Positions 24,349-38,254 of a stretch of DNA of 55,677 nucleotides are shown here, piece by piece. The stretch covers positions 9,387-65,063 of the forward strand of contig MQRK01180641.1 in NCBI GenBank assembly GCA_001938485.1. The letters run 5' to 3'. Each line of letters begins with the position of its first letter. Positions within the stretch are counted from its first letter, which is position 1. The position numbers were made by a program, and so were the translations under genes. Under the pieces are notes generated by a model. The model ran no database searches, was not told where the DNA came from, and was given only the letters and a program-made list of their open reading frames with translations. Source of the stretch: Girardia tigrina (lineage: Eukaryota).

Positions 24349-26891
24349 CAGTGGTTCCTAACCTTTGTTATGTTGCTACCCCTGTATCTTGTTAGGAAAA
24401 CGGATTTTACCCCAACTTAAAAATGCTATAAAAACACACAATGCAAGCGAATTTTAATGTTTATTAATTAAAAATTTGACATTGCCCAGCAGTTCGTTAG
24501 AAAACTGGATACATTGTGAATAAATAGAAAAACACAAATTGCAAAACAGTATTACAATATTACTTTGTTTTATATTTTAACTATGAATTAAAAATATTCA
24601 GTGTAAAGGTTGGAATTGTTTTGAATTTACAAGTTTTTTTATATTAGGTTTAGTGTCACGTAAAGCGCATCTCAAGTCATGTTCCACATTGAGACGGTTT
24701 CTGAGCTTTGTTTTCAATGAAACTAAAGTTGAAAAACTACTCTCGCATCTATAAGTGGTGGCGAAGGGTATTAGCATTTTTAAAGCTCTGTTGGCTATAA
24801 CAGAATATTCGGTACCTGCTTTAATCCAAAATGTGCAGAGATCATAATTTTGAAATTCTACTTTAAAGTACTATTTACGCAAGTCCAAGAAATTCTACTT
24901 TGGCCGCTACATCCTCGTCTTTGAAAATGTCATCAACAGTAGAAAAGGGTCTTAATATCTAAGAATTGGACTGACGATTATCCAAATCCGGAAAATATTG
25001 CTTCAGTGACTCTATTACTGTAGATAAATGTTGAGCCACGGCATTTCTATATGTGATTTTGCTGACTTCGGTATTTGACTATTGCTCACAGAGTTGTATA
25101 AACATCGACACATCGCCAGTCTGCACTCTGCGTTCGTAAAGTTCTAATTTATGTACAAAACCGGCAACTTTATCCTGCGCTGTCAAAATATTCGTCATAT
25201 TTCCTTGCAAAGAAATATTAAGATTGTTGATTTCACTGAAGAAATCAGCAAGATACGCTAACTTTTCAACAAATGTTTTTTCTTTCATTTTTGGCAGATA
25301 ATCTTTTTCTTTTTGTGTGTTCTGTTTTTAAAAAAATAATCCTATTTCTTCATGGAGCTCGTAAACCCTGTTCAAAACCCTGCCTCGTGATAACCAACGT
25401 ACCTCTGTGTGGTACAAAAGAGAGTTAAATTTTGCATCAACTTCATCACATAAAACTTTAAATAATCTGGTGTTTGTTGCATTGCCACGAACATCGTTCA
25501 AAATTTTCACTATAACATTCAACGTGCTTATTATTCTGGTGGAAGCATCTTAACAGCCAAAGCGTAGCGATGAATGAGACAATGATAGGATAAAACTTGA
25601 GGAGTAACTTGTTTCACGAGTGCTTGAAATCCAGAGCGGACGCCCATCATGGAAGGCTATGCAAATGCCGACCAGCTTTGACAGACCGTTTTCCTCAATA
25701 AACTGTTTCAGCGTTTCAAAAATGTCTTCTCCACGTGTAGTGGTGGATAAGGACTTACAGAACAGGTATTCCTCTTTTATACAGTCATCTTTAATATAAC
25801 GTGTAAATGCCTGTAGCTGTGAACACAAAACTACATATGTAGACTCATCTAATTGCAGTGCAAACATAGACCTTCCTTTCATTTCATCAATAATGGTTGC
25901 CATAATATCGTTACTCAAGTCTGAAATGCGGCTTTGAACTGTAGTATTTGAAAGTGATATTTGTTTGATCTTAGCCACATGTTTCTCGCCAATGACGAGT
26001 GATACTGCATCACACAAACAAGGTTTGATGAGATCCTCTCCTATAGTGTGCGGTTTTTTGTTCATAGCAATACGATAAGAAATTTGATATGAAGATTGAA
26101 GATATGATTCATTTTCCTTTTGCATATTTCCTGTTGAATCAAATCGCACAGACTTCAGAAAACTCTCTTTACTCTTAAAAAATCTATATCTTAATCTGCA
26201 AACTCTTTGTGAACTCTCTCGAAATGTTCTTTTAATTTGCTCGGCTTCATGCTCTCTGTATTAAGCAATTTATTACATAGAACACACTGAGGCATTTCCA
26301 CATTCCTATCTAAAATATTCATGAATCCCCATTGTAAAAATGATTCTTTATATGAGCGCTTTTTTGAGGTATTAGAACTCATGACCCCTAAAATATTCGT
26401 AAAAAAAAGTTATCTAAGGAAAAAATAAAAATGTTAACTTTTACTTTTAAGAATATTGAGAAAAAACTAATTATAATTAATTATCATTGTTTGTTACTAC
26501 TTACAATCAAAAAAGTAAATAATATTGTAATTATATCAAAACTGGTAGATATACGTAATGAGACAATTGAACTTGACTTGTTTAAATCTAAAACAACCAA
26601 TACGGCGCGGTAGACTGGGTACTGAGTCACGGCGCATCGCGTGTGCGCATTGTGGAGCTCAAATGCGATAATGCGTCAGAATACATGCTCAACCACTCTC
26701 AGTTCAAACTGGTTTTTACACGCAGTTTCGATAGCAATAAAGAGTATATGTCACATGAACCAAATGCGCTACTGTACTGTATTTTTTATTAACAAAGAAG
26801 GCATCACTAAAATTTAGTGGATGCCTTTTTACCCCTAAAGAATTGCGTTTTTACCCCCCTGTGGGTAATTACCCCCAGGTAGGAACCACTG
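24349..26891 (-). mobile_element. Full-length hAT Buster/Charlie element (2543 bp) with frameshifted transposase
   Basis: TIR CAGTGGTTCCTA..., perfect 8-bp TSD ATCTAAAT. Motifs PQCVLC...[62 protein letters not shown]. Confidence 0.95.
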
Positions 26892-28789
26892 ATCTAAATT
26901 CTAAATAGAGAGTTTTATTAAAAGTATTCTTGAACCATTATTATTTTTAATTTAATTTAGTTTATTTACAAATTATTATTAAGTTATTAATTATATCTCA
27001 CAATTATATTTAAATAATTTTTAGAGAAATGATAAAATTTTATTGATATTACATAATTACCAATTAAATTGAGCGCCTAATTGGTTTGAAATTCCGACAT
27101 CAATATTTAAATTTTTATTTTTTGTGAGATATTTTTATTGATAAATTAGTCAATGGTTAACTTAGTGGCTTGTAAAATTTTAAGAAAAGTTGGTTTTGTA
27201 CAAAGTTAAATAACCAGAAAAAGTTACTATTGAATTAATTTGAGCAACACTGTATGTATGTGGATATATCTTAAAAATATGATCCATTTAGTAAATCATA
27301 TGCATATATGATTATATGTATGAATTGCTCTACCAAAAGTCACCAAACACTTTTGTGTTCGCCGTTATGTGAGATATTGAGAATTTTAAAACGAATGATA
27401 TATTTACAAGAAATAGAAAGTAAAGTAAGACTCATTATACTTAAAAATGTTTGCTCAAAAGATGGTTTGCTTAATATGGACTCGCTTTTAAGGGACCTTG
27501 TTTAGTAGAGACTGCTTTTTACGGCCCCATGAAATCTGTGATAACGAATCTATACTGTAAATATATTAATAATTTTATCAGCAAATTTCGATCCTTTTAA
27601 GATATATAATTTCAATTTATTCATCCAAAAGATAAATGGTCTTATTGTAATAAATTGAGACAAATAAATAATGACAACTAATGTCACTTTTAAATCAAAG
27701 ATAATTAATTAGTTTATTTTAATGAGATTAATTTACTGCTTTACTTACAATCTTATTAAATTATTTATATCAATTTTATTTTATTTAAATAAATGGTATG
27801 TTCAATATTAATTTTATTTAACTGACAAAAACCAAAAAATACTTCAATCAAATTAGATCAAACGTTTTTACTTATCAATGGGAAAATTAATTAACGATAA
27901 ATTTTAATATTTTTTTATTATTATCATTAATTTTGTTTATTTATAAGGCGTGAATTAATACTTTGATAAGAAGTTGAATAAATAATAATAACGTGCAGAG
28001 TGCTCCGTTTATTTTGAGACTATGTTTACCATAAATATAAAAATTGTTTTTTTTCGCACTTTGCATAAATTGAAACTTTTATCTCTCATACTTTAGGAAT
28101 ATATGTTAAACAAATGACAAACAGTCCTCTCTCTACTCGATGCAAGATCCCTCAACTGCAATTGCAGCCTCTACTCAGACAGGTAAACTCGACATATTTT
28201 TGAGAAACTATCGATAATGGCGACTTGGAATGAATGAACAGTGTTGTTAACACGTTTATTAGTCTGTTTATTAGTCTGACACCACATCATCAAGTGTAGG
28301 TAGGCCTTACCTATTTATAGGCTATTTATAGGCCTTAACTACCTATTTATAGGCCTTAACTACCAACTTCAAGTGAATAAGTGAAGCAGTGATTTTAATA
28401 AACATAATGTTTCAATTCGCGTTTTCTCAAAAACGAGTTTTTACGAATATGACCATTGTAATATCTGTAGAAGAATCAAATGATGGAATATCAGCATGAT
28501 TTTTTGCACAGTTGTTAACTATTATGCGACCTACAACGTGGCACTCTTAACTCAGTTTCCTACTTGTGGTCCCTTTTCTCAGCTTTGGTCACAAATAGGC
28601 TGTTTAGCTTTCATTTTTATCTATTTACAATCGCGATTTTGAAGAATTAAAAATCACTGAAATAATTTACGAAATTACGACTAGATTTAAACATAGTAAG
28701 AAAACTAAAAACTCCGTTCCATTAATATATTTATATAGTAGGATTAAAAAGACACTTTGGTAAGTAATACGTGTCGAAGTACCAATAAC

Positions 28790-29200
28790 GTGTCTTGACA
28801 CCTTTCCATATCTCTGTCATGTAGGTCTTCGTCGCACCATTTCTGCACAATTCAGAAATATGGACAGCCAGAGACAATTTTGCACACTCATGGCTTCACA
28901 ACGTTGTGTAAGACGTCAAAGTAAATCCATGATTAAACCGTATGCTTCATGACGAAAAAGTGCGTCGACATCACATCAGGTTTATTTCAAACGACGAGGA
29001 AAACATAAACAGAGGATGGATAGTTGGTTGTGCAGACAATGAGTACGTCATCTGGATCCTTGACCAAATATCAATTGTTATGTTGGTTGGTCCTCATTTT
29101 GAAAATGAAAAAAATTTCATCACGGAAAAGTCCAAGATGACCAGATGTCTCGTGCTTCATGGACGACAGCACCAGGAAGAACTTTGAGAGACAAAGAATG
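28790..29200 (+). mobile_element. Highly decayed integrase-like remnant (Ginger2/KRBA2-like?)
   Basis: Scattered LCHVG, C..RQSKSMIKP and VLHGR motifs only. Confidence 0.25.
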
Positions 29201-30262
29201 TATGATTGATTTCAACAAGATAGTTCACCAATTTGAAAACCAACTGAAACTTATTTTTAGTATTATTTCCATATTTATAAAACTATGATATTTTATGATT
29301 TGGTTAAAGCTTTTTGGTTAAGAAAAAACTCGTCAGTAGATTTCATACAGTTTCCAAATGAAATCGTAACTTAATTTTATGTAATATTTTTTTTTAATTC
29401 TAGCAGTAAATAAATTGAATCACCCAAAGAGCTTTTTATCAATCTTGAAATGACTGTATAAACAACGTAAAGATTTAACAATAAATTGAGGTTCATTTTA
29501 ATAACATTGTTTTCAGAAAATTCATATTTAAATGCAAAAATTAGATTAAATTTCAAAGCTTTGAAATTTCATAATTTCTAAATTATTCAATCGGATTTTT
29601 TCTCATAATTGAAAATTTTAAATTCCTTTTTAAAATAAAAAATTTACTTAAAATATATAATATTTTTACATTGTATATATTAAATATTTCTCTGAACTTT
29701 GGTTACTACTGTAAATGAATATTATAACGCGAACGTTATCTATTGCAAACAATCAACTATTGAAACAATTTATAAAACAAACTATAATAATATATTTATA
29801 CCCTAAACTTAAAAAAATTTCAATGTAACTATAAAATTTTGTAAGTGTTTTTGAAAGGAGTTTGCGTTACCCATGGATTTGTGTTAGATTGCACTTTTGG
29901 ACAAGTTAAATCTTTTTATTTAATAATAAATTTTGAAAGCAATTTTAATTTTATAATGCATTTAGTAAATATCCTACCATAATTAGAGTAATTAACATTA
30001 GTTTTTGTTGCTTATTTATAAAAATATTATTAAGAACATTTAAATTTTCAAATTCTATGAACTTAGGGGATTTATTGGGAGAGAGTGTCTTAATAAGACG
30101 TAATAAACTACGATACTCAGTGTGAGGGATAATTTGAAATGTTGTAAGCTTATTGTTTGTATGCTGTTTTCATTTGTGACTCTCCTACTCAGATGGGGTT
30201 GATATGTTTATTGATTGATTATTTGAATCTAATGAAATTAATTTTAAGTACTAATTAATTAA

Positions 30263-30545
30263 ACGGAAGTCCGGATGAAAATCTTCTTTTAATAAAAACA
30301 TTCATCCATTTAAAAATATATTTTAAGACAGTATATTTCGACTGATCTACGTCATCTTCAGGTCACTAATTAATAATCAATTCACCTGTATATAAATACA
30401 AAACGATGATTACGTAATCGATTGCATGAAATCATGCTGATCAAAAATTCTCAATAAGCTGATTGAGACTGCCGATTGAACATTGATTTTAGTGCAACGT
30501 GACCTAATTAACAATGCTTCACACGACACTCTCTCCCAATAACTG
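30263..30545 (-). mobile_element. Penelope-like 3' end inserted in the Gypsy 5' LTR
   Basis: YWERVSCEALLIRSRCTKINVQS resembles the GIY-YIG C-terminus and is followed by a hammerhead core. Confidence 0.6.
30322..30368 (-). ncRNA. Minimal hammerhead ribozyme motif (partly degenerate)
   Basis: CTGAAGA-T-GAC-GTAGATCA-GTC-GAAA. Confidence 0.55.
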
Positions 30546-32472
30546 TCAAATTGCTTACTAATTTAATAATAATTTTCAAAATTCTGCATTACCAGAAAAG
30601 AATTACTAGCGATATATATTTAACTCAGCATTTTAAGCATTTCTCATATGGAAAAAGATTCTTGTTGCGAACAAACCACAAAGCTTTTACGTTTATGATG
30701 ACCACAAAGAACCCAATAACACCGCAATTTCAAACATTGATAAATTTTCTTAGCGGTCTTGATATGAGAATGGAATACAGGAAAGGTGAAAGACATTCAA
30801 ATGCAGATGCTATGTCGAGAAACTCTTGCGAATTATTTAACCAATGTCAAACAACACATGCAGAAGCGAAGAAAAGAAAGATTAAAATTCGAATTCTAGC
30901 CTTACACGAAGAACCAAATTGTTTCAAATGACAGAATGACAATGAAGAAATCGAAAAAAATTAAGAAAGATTTGAAACAAAGAAGAACAAATAAATGGAA
31001 ACTGAAAGATGACATTGTAGCAACGGAAAATAATAAGTATTGGATCCCGAGAACAAATAGAACCGATTTTATTGATGATATGCATAAGATGTTATGTCAT
31101 GCTTGGAGTAAAAAGGTTTTTATCTACCTTAGAGATGATTTTGATATGGAAAATATGAGAGAAAAGATAAAGGAAGTTGTTCAAAGTTGCATAAATTGTC
31201 AAAAGCGAAAAACACTAACTGCAAAAACAAAAGATAGACATATTAAGTAATTTGCAGATGAACCTTTTCAGAAGATATATACTGACTTTTTTGGTCCATT
31301 CAAGTTTATTTTGGCGATATATTAGTCTGAATGCAGTTGTTCACCAAGACGAGAAAACGCTACGGAAAATATTGCTGGATAGATGCATATATAAATATGG
31401 ACCACCTAAAGAAATCCATGTGGATAGAGGCAAAACATTTGAATCAGAACTATTTAAAGAAACACTGAAGAAATTTAAGATAGAAGTATTTTATTCAAGC
31501 CCGTATCACCACAATACCAATAGAATTATAGAACGACAATTTAGAACAATTAGAGATACTCTTAATATCAGAATAAAGGATGGAACGCATAGATATTGGA
31601 TGGAAGTATTGTCAGAAATAGAATTTATGATGAATAGTACCATTCAAGCCACGAAAGGTATCTCACCAGCAGAAATAATATGCGGAAGGGAATTAAGACA
31701 TTGGTGGAAAAAAAAGAAGATAAAAGAAACTAAATGGGAAAAAAAGAAAAAGCTTCAGAAACGAGAAGAATTTTTAAGGTTGGAAACAAGGTATTGATAA
31801 AGAGAGAAAATGCATCAAAAAGAGACGACCGATATATTAGCCCTGCAATGACAATAAGGCGGAGACATGAAAGAAGTTACGAATTGAAACTCGACAATGG
31901 TAAAATACTAATAAAAAATGTAGAATGGCTACATCCATTTAAATCGAGGGGGATGTGAGGGATAATTTGGAATGTTGTAAGTTTGTTGTTTGTATGCTGT
32001 TTTGATTAGTGACACTCCTACTCAGATGGGATTGATATGTTTATTGATTGATTATTTGAATCTAATGATATTGATTTTAAGTACTAATTAATTAAAGTTT
32101 GATAATTATGAAATTTAATAATATTTTTAGTAAACGATTTTAACGTATTAAATTTAATATATTTTAAAAATTAATGTTCATTAAAAAAATTATGTAATGC
32201 CTTTTTATCTAATAAAATTTAAGAAATTAGAAGTTAATATTAAAAACTTTCCCGTTCATTGTTTTTTAGATTTGAATACATAAACAAAAACTATGTTAAT
32301 CAAAGAAATATGCTCTCTGAAAATTGCCGTGAAGAATCTGTTTGTGTTGTCAATAAATGTTTACATTCAAATTGTGATGTTGTTAATACTCAGTATTGAC
32401 GCAAAGGGTAGTGAATCGGATGAAAATCTGAAAAATATAAGAGCATATGATCCTCTCTCACGGCTTTGGGTG

Positions 32473-32923
32473 TGTGATGGAAAATTCGGAATGTTGTAAG
32501 TTTGTTGTTTGCATGCTGTTTAGATTGGTGACTCTCCTACTCAGATGGGGTTGATATGTTATTGATTGAATGTTTAAATCTAATGAAATTAATTGAATGA
32601 AATTAATTTTTAAATACTAATTAATTAAAGTTTTACAATTGTAAATTTTAATGATATTTTTAGTAACGATTTTAACTTATTAAATTTAATATATTTTAAA
32701 AATTAATGTTTATTTTAAAAAATTACTTAATGTCTTTTTATCTAAAAAAATTTTAAGAAATTAAAAGTTAATATTTAAATTTTTCCATTAATTGATTTTT
32801 TTATATTTGAATACATAAACAAAAACTATATCAATCAAAGAAAGATGCTTACTGAGAATTGTTGTGAAGAATCTGTTTGTGTTGTTAATAAATGTTTATA
32901 CTCAAATTATAATGTTGTTAATA
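32473..32923 (+). mobile_element. Solo LTR of the same Gypsy family
   Basis: Homologous to 31954-32388 along its length; 5-bp TSD GGGTG; ends TTAATA. Confidence 0.9.
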
Positions 32924-33942
32924 GGGTGCAAAAGTGCATACCTTCCAGAAAAATCAAGGCAATCTTTGATTTGTAAGGCTTTGGCTGTATTAGCGAACTT
33001 AGTGCAATGGAGAAATGGATATATTAATAAACTTTTATTTGCAGGCAAAAAGCTAAAACTAAGTTCGGTTTTACTGCTTGATAGCTTTTGTCAAAAGTAC
33101 CGAAAAACATGGTGCATCAATATTTACGCTCAGATTTACATTTTTCATTTGAGATTTTTCGTGCATTTTTAGTACCATATGCTTTCCTAACTTCTTCTGC
33201 TAAGAAAATTTGCCCAATTATATGTAACTTATATTTAAAAACAATACATGATAGAACTTAAACTTTCCTTATCAAAAATTTACAATTATTTAGCCATAAA
33301 ATAAAATATGAGTTATTCGGCAGGAAAATGAGTTGAATATTTGCATTGAAAAATTCAGATGGTTTGAGTAGCTTTGGCATTTTGATTAAATTTAGATAAA
33401 TAAACAATGTTTATCAACTTGATGCGTCATATTTAATCAACCAAAAATATACAAATATATTGAAAATATACGTTAAATGATGTATAATAAATATATCAAA
33501 TTAAGTTTCGAAAGTTTTATATTTTCTTTGGTCGTTTTAAATAGGAAGGTTTACAATTTAACTGAAATCTTTTAGAATTAAAATATTACACTTAAAGAAT
33601 TTGGTTTAAAGTTGAAGAAATATTTTCAAAAAAAGTGTTTAAATTTTTATTTAAATACATATAAATTTATAGCTCAAGATTTTTAAAAAACAAAATAATA
33701 AATTTACTGTAAAAACCGAAATAAATAAAATATTTCTGGAATTAAAACAAAGTGATTGTAGTTCTTTGAATTATTTTATTGTTTTATAAAAATTAGATTG
33801 AATATTGATAAAATTATAATTGGCAATAAAAAGTTTTTAGTTTTTTAAATTATATTTATTTTTAAAATAATCTTTCTTTTGTTTTTCTAGTTAATTTATT
33901 GTATTTATTATAAAGAAAGTAGAAATTAAATAATATATTGAC

Positions 33943-34062
33943 CTGTTATTCGTAAAAGAGACTGAAACTTCGTGATAGGAATCAACTTAAGTTTAATGCC
34001 TGTTAATGAACCGGACGAGTTGCGTTGTTGACAAAAGATGGAATAAAGAATTGAAGTTCGTC
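33943..34062 (-). CDS. Probable 120-bp upstream exon of the 21452-22562 gene
   Basis: TTTCAG| acceptor and CAG|GTCAAT donor; open phase1-phase1 frame RTSILYSIFCQ...LLRIT(G) splices in frame to (G)YVSGFL. Confidence 0.45.
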
Positions 34063-35316
34063 CTGAAATAGAAATATTTTTAAAATTTAAAATTAAACAT
34101 TAAAAAGTAAAATAATATAAAATATCGTATGAAACAATATAAATATATAACTGGAAAAAAGTCTTGTCCGGCAGAAAATAATATTTATTTCAAGGAATAT
34201 TTATGGTACAATTGAGAAATCCTATTTTGCTTTTATTTAATCTATATTAAACTGATAATGCAAACAATTGCGATGTACAGAAATCATTGTTAAAACATTT
34301 TATACTACAAAAACCGATTAGTTGATTTTATGATAGATATTACCTGGAAATACTGTACAACCGGAGACTTAAATGTAAATGTATATTTTATGTTGATGTA
34401 TCCAATCAATGTCAAAGAGATAAAAGAACATAAAATTAAAAACTAATAAATCAAAAAATGAAATTTTTTATATCCATTCTTCATCCAGTCAGAACTCTAC
34501 TTTGCCAACATTTTTTTAAAAATTTAAAAAATTTAATTCAAAAATATTAATTAAAAAAACTCAATAAAAATTTATATAAACTACTTATAATTTATAAGTA
34601 GATATCTTGCAATTAATATTGTTCGGGAACTCCGAATTTAACGTTTTTTTCCATTTTGGGATCTTAAAAAGTTTTTATCGATCAAATTTTTACATAATCA
34701 TTTATTGTCATCGAGAAGGAGTAAGTGTGCAAAGTTTGAAGAAATTCGATTGAGTAAAAGGCCTTCAAAACAGGTTTCTAAATTCCATTGATACACACAA
34801 ATATTTATATATATATATATATNNNNNNNNNNNNNNNNNNNNNNNNNNNNNNNNNNNNNNNNNNNNNNNNNNATATATATATATATATAGAAAGTAAGCT
34901 AATAAAAATAATGGAAAAAGATAATATGAATCAACCTAGGAAATTGTATTCTTAAAAACAACTTTTTCATTTATCATTTAAACTACTTTGATTCTTATTT
35001 GATATACACAAAAGACAAAAGTTATCACTAAAATATATAAAAATATGACATATTTTAGACATAAAATTAATTAAACAAAATTAAATAACTCTTAAACAAA
35101 AATTGAAAAAGCTGAATGCTTTAATAATGGTAACGCTAAGCAATGAAACTATGATTTATCACATTAAAACAATGACATTTTTTTAAAATATCAAAGTAAT
35201 AAAAATTAAAGTCATATCAGTTTTTAACAAATGCTAAAACAAAGCATTCGGCGATGAATGTTTAATGAAAGGAAAAGGACAATTTGTTTTAAGTATTGCA
35301 GTTTTATAATAATAAC

Positions 35317-36723
35317 TAGGGAGCGACGATGCATCGTTTAATGATGCATCGAAAAACCTTGATCGTTAAACGATGCATCAAACGCCTGCATCTTTAAACA
35401 ATGCAACAAAAATAAAATTTAAATATAATGCAGCTAAATTCAAATCTAAATTTTTATTTGGTCATTGATATTTGCTATTGTGCTAAAAAAAACAAGAAAA
35501 TTTCAAATTTATTTTTGGAAAATTGAATCAAACTATGAAAGGCACATTATTCATTTTCTTCATCTGTCTTAAGTTCTCTTTTATATAAACAAGTTTTTCA
35601 ACTTTGGGTGCTGACAAATTTGTTCTTCTCTCAACAAATATATTCCCAGCTGTGGAAAACACTCGTTCAGAGGTGGAGGAATCATCAATAGTCTCTTTGC
35701 GAAGCGAGAAAGTTTTTCGGATAATTAAGTGCTTTATTTTTTCAGTAAAGAAGTATGTCACCATTATCGGTAATCGACATTTTGTTAAATAGTTTTCTAA
35801 TTCCGCCTTGATTTACGCTATCAAGGAGGTTACCCATTCCGCGTTATCTACCACTTTTCCAAAGGTTTGGATCTTCAAACTGATGGAAAACATTCTTATG
35901 TACGCAGTTGTTGTGCTTTTTAGTGTCTTGTTGTATGTCATCAATGGAGGATTGTGATGTGTGGGGTGATTGAGTGTTCTTAAGTTCGACCCTGCACATG
36001 TTGAATACAGCTTCCTGCCGGGATACTTTTGTCATGTGATTCTCTGGCCTCCTTTGCTTCTAGTGTTTCAAAGATGGTCCCTGTTGTGCTCCCACTGGGC
36101 ACCTTGTAATGCTCCCCACACTCAATGCAGCTAGCCCTATTTTCATTATTCATTGTGAAGTAATCCCAAATTAAGGAAATTTTCGGCATCTGGAAGAGAA
36201 AAATTTAATTTAACTTGAAATAAAACTTCATTGCTTTGAATATAAAAAATTAAATATAAATATTTATAATAATTAAAAACCAATAAATAGATTTAATAAA
36301 GAAAAAAATAATAACGTTATACGAAACGTTAAATTTATTGTGAAAACTAATAAATAAACTAGTAAATTAGTATGTAATGTTTATATATTAATTGAAATAA
36401 TATTAATTATTATTAATTTATTAATTTTAAAATAAAATATCATTGCATTAGGACCAAACGAAACTATAACTTTCCTTAAAAAAGAAATAAAAGAAAACTA
36501 CTGAAAATAGAATTTTACGAGAAAGTTCCTCGAAAATATTTGTTTAAAAAACGAAAATTGTAGTAATTATATTGTTGAGTTATTGTATATGTGAATAAAG
36601 GTGTGATTTCATTATATGTTAGATAACAAAGGTATGTAGTCTCTAGATTCATCGTTTAACGATGAAGGTTTTTCGATGCATCGACCATATTTAACGATGT
36701 ACGACACGATGTGTCGCCCCCTA
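35317..36723 (-). mobile_element. Internally deleted hAT (Ac-type) element, 1407 bp
   Basis: TAGGGAGCGAC.../...GTCGCCCCCTA TIRs, perfect 8-bp TSD ATAATAAC, BED finger SLIWDYF...CIEC, hATC motif SERVFSTAG, subterminal CGATGCATCG repeats. Confidence 0.92.
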
Positions 36724-37069
36724 ATAATAACACATGTTTACTTCACATGATATACAAAGGAAATATTAAAAAATAACTGATTTATTTCTAATCTTTCTTC
36801 TAGTTCTGATTGAGATTCTTTAAAAGTTTTATCAAAAGCGCTTGAAGTTATTATATTTATAATTATTCTGTATTTTAAATGGAACATTTATCACCATTTT
36901 CTAAAAAACATTTTTTTTTTAAATAAATAAATATTATATTTTGAATTTTTAATATTTTATAAGATTCATTATCAATGACAAAACTGATTTTTTGTATTTT
37001 GAATAATACTTTATAGATTCTTGTACTGTCTATAAGAATAGCTTTCAATCAGTTTGGAAAATGGTCTTT

Positions 37070-37493
37070 ATCCATTGAGAATCATTTAAAGCATGTCGGT
37101 TAAGTTAATAAAATGGATATGTTGGTTCCGTACGATTTGAAAGAAGTTCATCTGACAAATGACATCAACACTTGAGATTCATTTGTTAAACGCAATAAAT
37201 TCGATCATATTTGATAAAGCATCTACCATATAGCCCTCATCTCGAGCCCAATGATTACCACTATTAATATAACTATACAACTCTCTTCGTGGTAAACATT
37301 TCTAAGATGATGAAGCTGTAAAATTTCACTTAACTCAGTTTTTAGCCGAAAAGGATCATATTTTCTACTACAGTGGAATTTTTAAGTTGTTATCGAAAAA
37401 ATTGTAAATAGATCATAAGTTAAAGTTTATTCCAAGTAAATAAACTCTTTTATTTCAGTGAAGAAAAAAACACTTACTCAGTTGCAGACCCAA
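37070..37493 (+). mobile_element. Internally deleted mariner remnant
   Basis: LVPYDL (WVPHEL-like) joined to HLPYSPHLEPNDY...LRGKHF; decayed 3' TIR. Confidence 0.7.
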
Positions 37494-37594
37494 TGGATTT
37501 GTATATAAATTTTACTTTTCAAAATGTTTTAATAATAAAATATATTTTATATTAATACTACGTAAGCGTGAAATATCTTTGAATTGAAACATTA

Positions 37595-38254
37595 CGGTTC
37601 CAGGACGTTTCCTCACATGACATTTGCTCACAGGACGTTTCATCACGTGATATTTGCTTACAGGACGTTTCATCACGTGATATTTGCTTACAGGACGTTT
37701 CATCACGTGACATTTGCTCACACGGATATTTGCTCACATGGAAATTACTTTTATCAAACTTCTTTTCACTGAAATATTTTTCACTGTATTGGTTTTTAAT
37801 TAATTAATTTGCGATAAAATATGTTTTTTATCGAAAATTAATAATATGTTATTATTATTATTAAGTTTTTTCATTCAAATTTCTAATTAAAAACTCTTAA
37901 TTGAAATTAATGCAATATAATTTCTTTTCATTAATCCGAATTCAAATAATAGAAAAACGTTAAAATAACTTTAGAAATATTTTTTAATTTACAAAATTTA
38001 CTTGCAGGCGGAAATCCAAATTTATCAAAATTCTTTTCACTGAAATTTTTTTACCGCATTGATTTGTCATTAATTAATTTGCAATAAAATATGTTTTTTA
38101 TCGAAAATTAATAATAACAAAAGTTATCCCAATAAAATTTTCTAATTAAAATCAATTTTACTCAATGTCCGTGTAGCAAATGTCGATGTGAGGAATTGTC
38201 GATGTGAGTAATGTCTGTGTGAGCAAATGTCACGTGAGGAAAAGTCCAGTGACG
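37595..38254. mobile_element. MULE-like non-autonomous element with tandem 30-bp subterminal repeats
   Basis: About 5 x (GGACGTTTCATCACGTGAYATTTGCTYACA) on the left, inverted counterparts on the right; flanks AAACATTA and AATCATTA (TSD with 1 mismatch). Confidence 0.7.

Larger units (their letters stand above)
30121..32388 (+). mobile_element. Internally deleted Gypsy LTR retrotransposon (RNase H and integrase remnants)
   Basis: 5' LTR piece 30121-30262; FLLRTNHKAF...EYRKGERHSNADAMSR, HKMLCH...CINCQ, IHVDRGKTF, SSPYHH..N.IIER; PPT then 3' LTR 31954-32388; 5-bp TSD CTCAG. Confidence 0.9.

Noticed and set aside
30072-30542. 18-bp inverted repeat TTATTGGGAGAGAGTGTC suggesting a TIR element
   Set aside because: Both arms translate as the same GIY-YIG tail (YWERV). 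Two related Penelope fragments in opposite orientation explain it better, and there is no TSD.
34150-34440. Protein-like minus frame interrupted only by TAA/TAG, hinting at stop-codon reassignment
   Set aside because: The 369-codon exon has no in-frame TAA/TAG, so the standard code fits. Chance or decay is more likely.
37595-37740. CRISPR-like regular repeats (also 53280-53530)
   Set aside because: These are tandem units without unique spacers, in a eukaryotic context with no cas genes.
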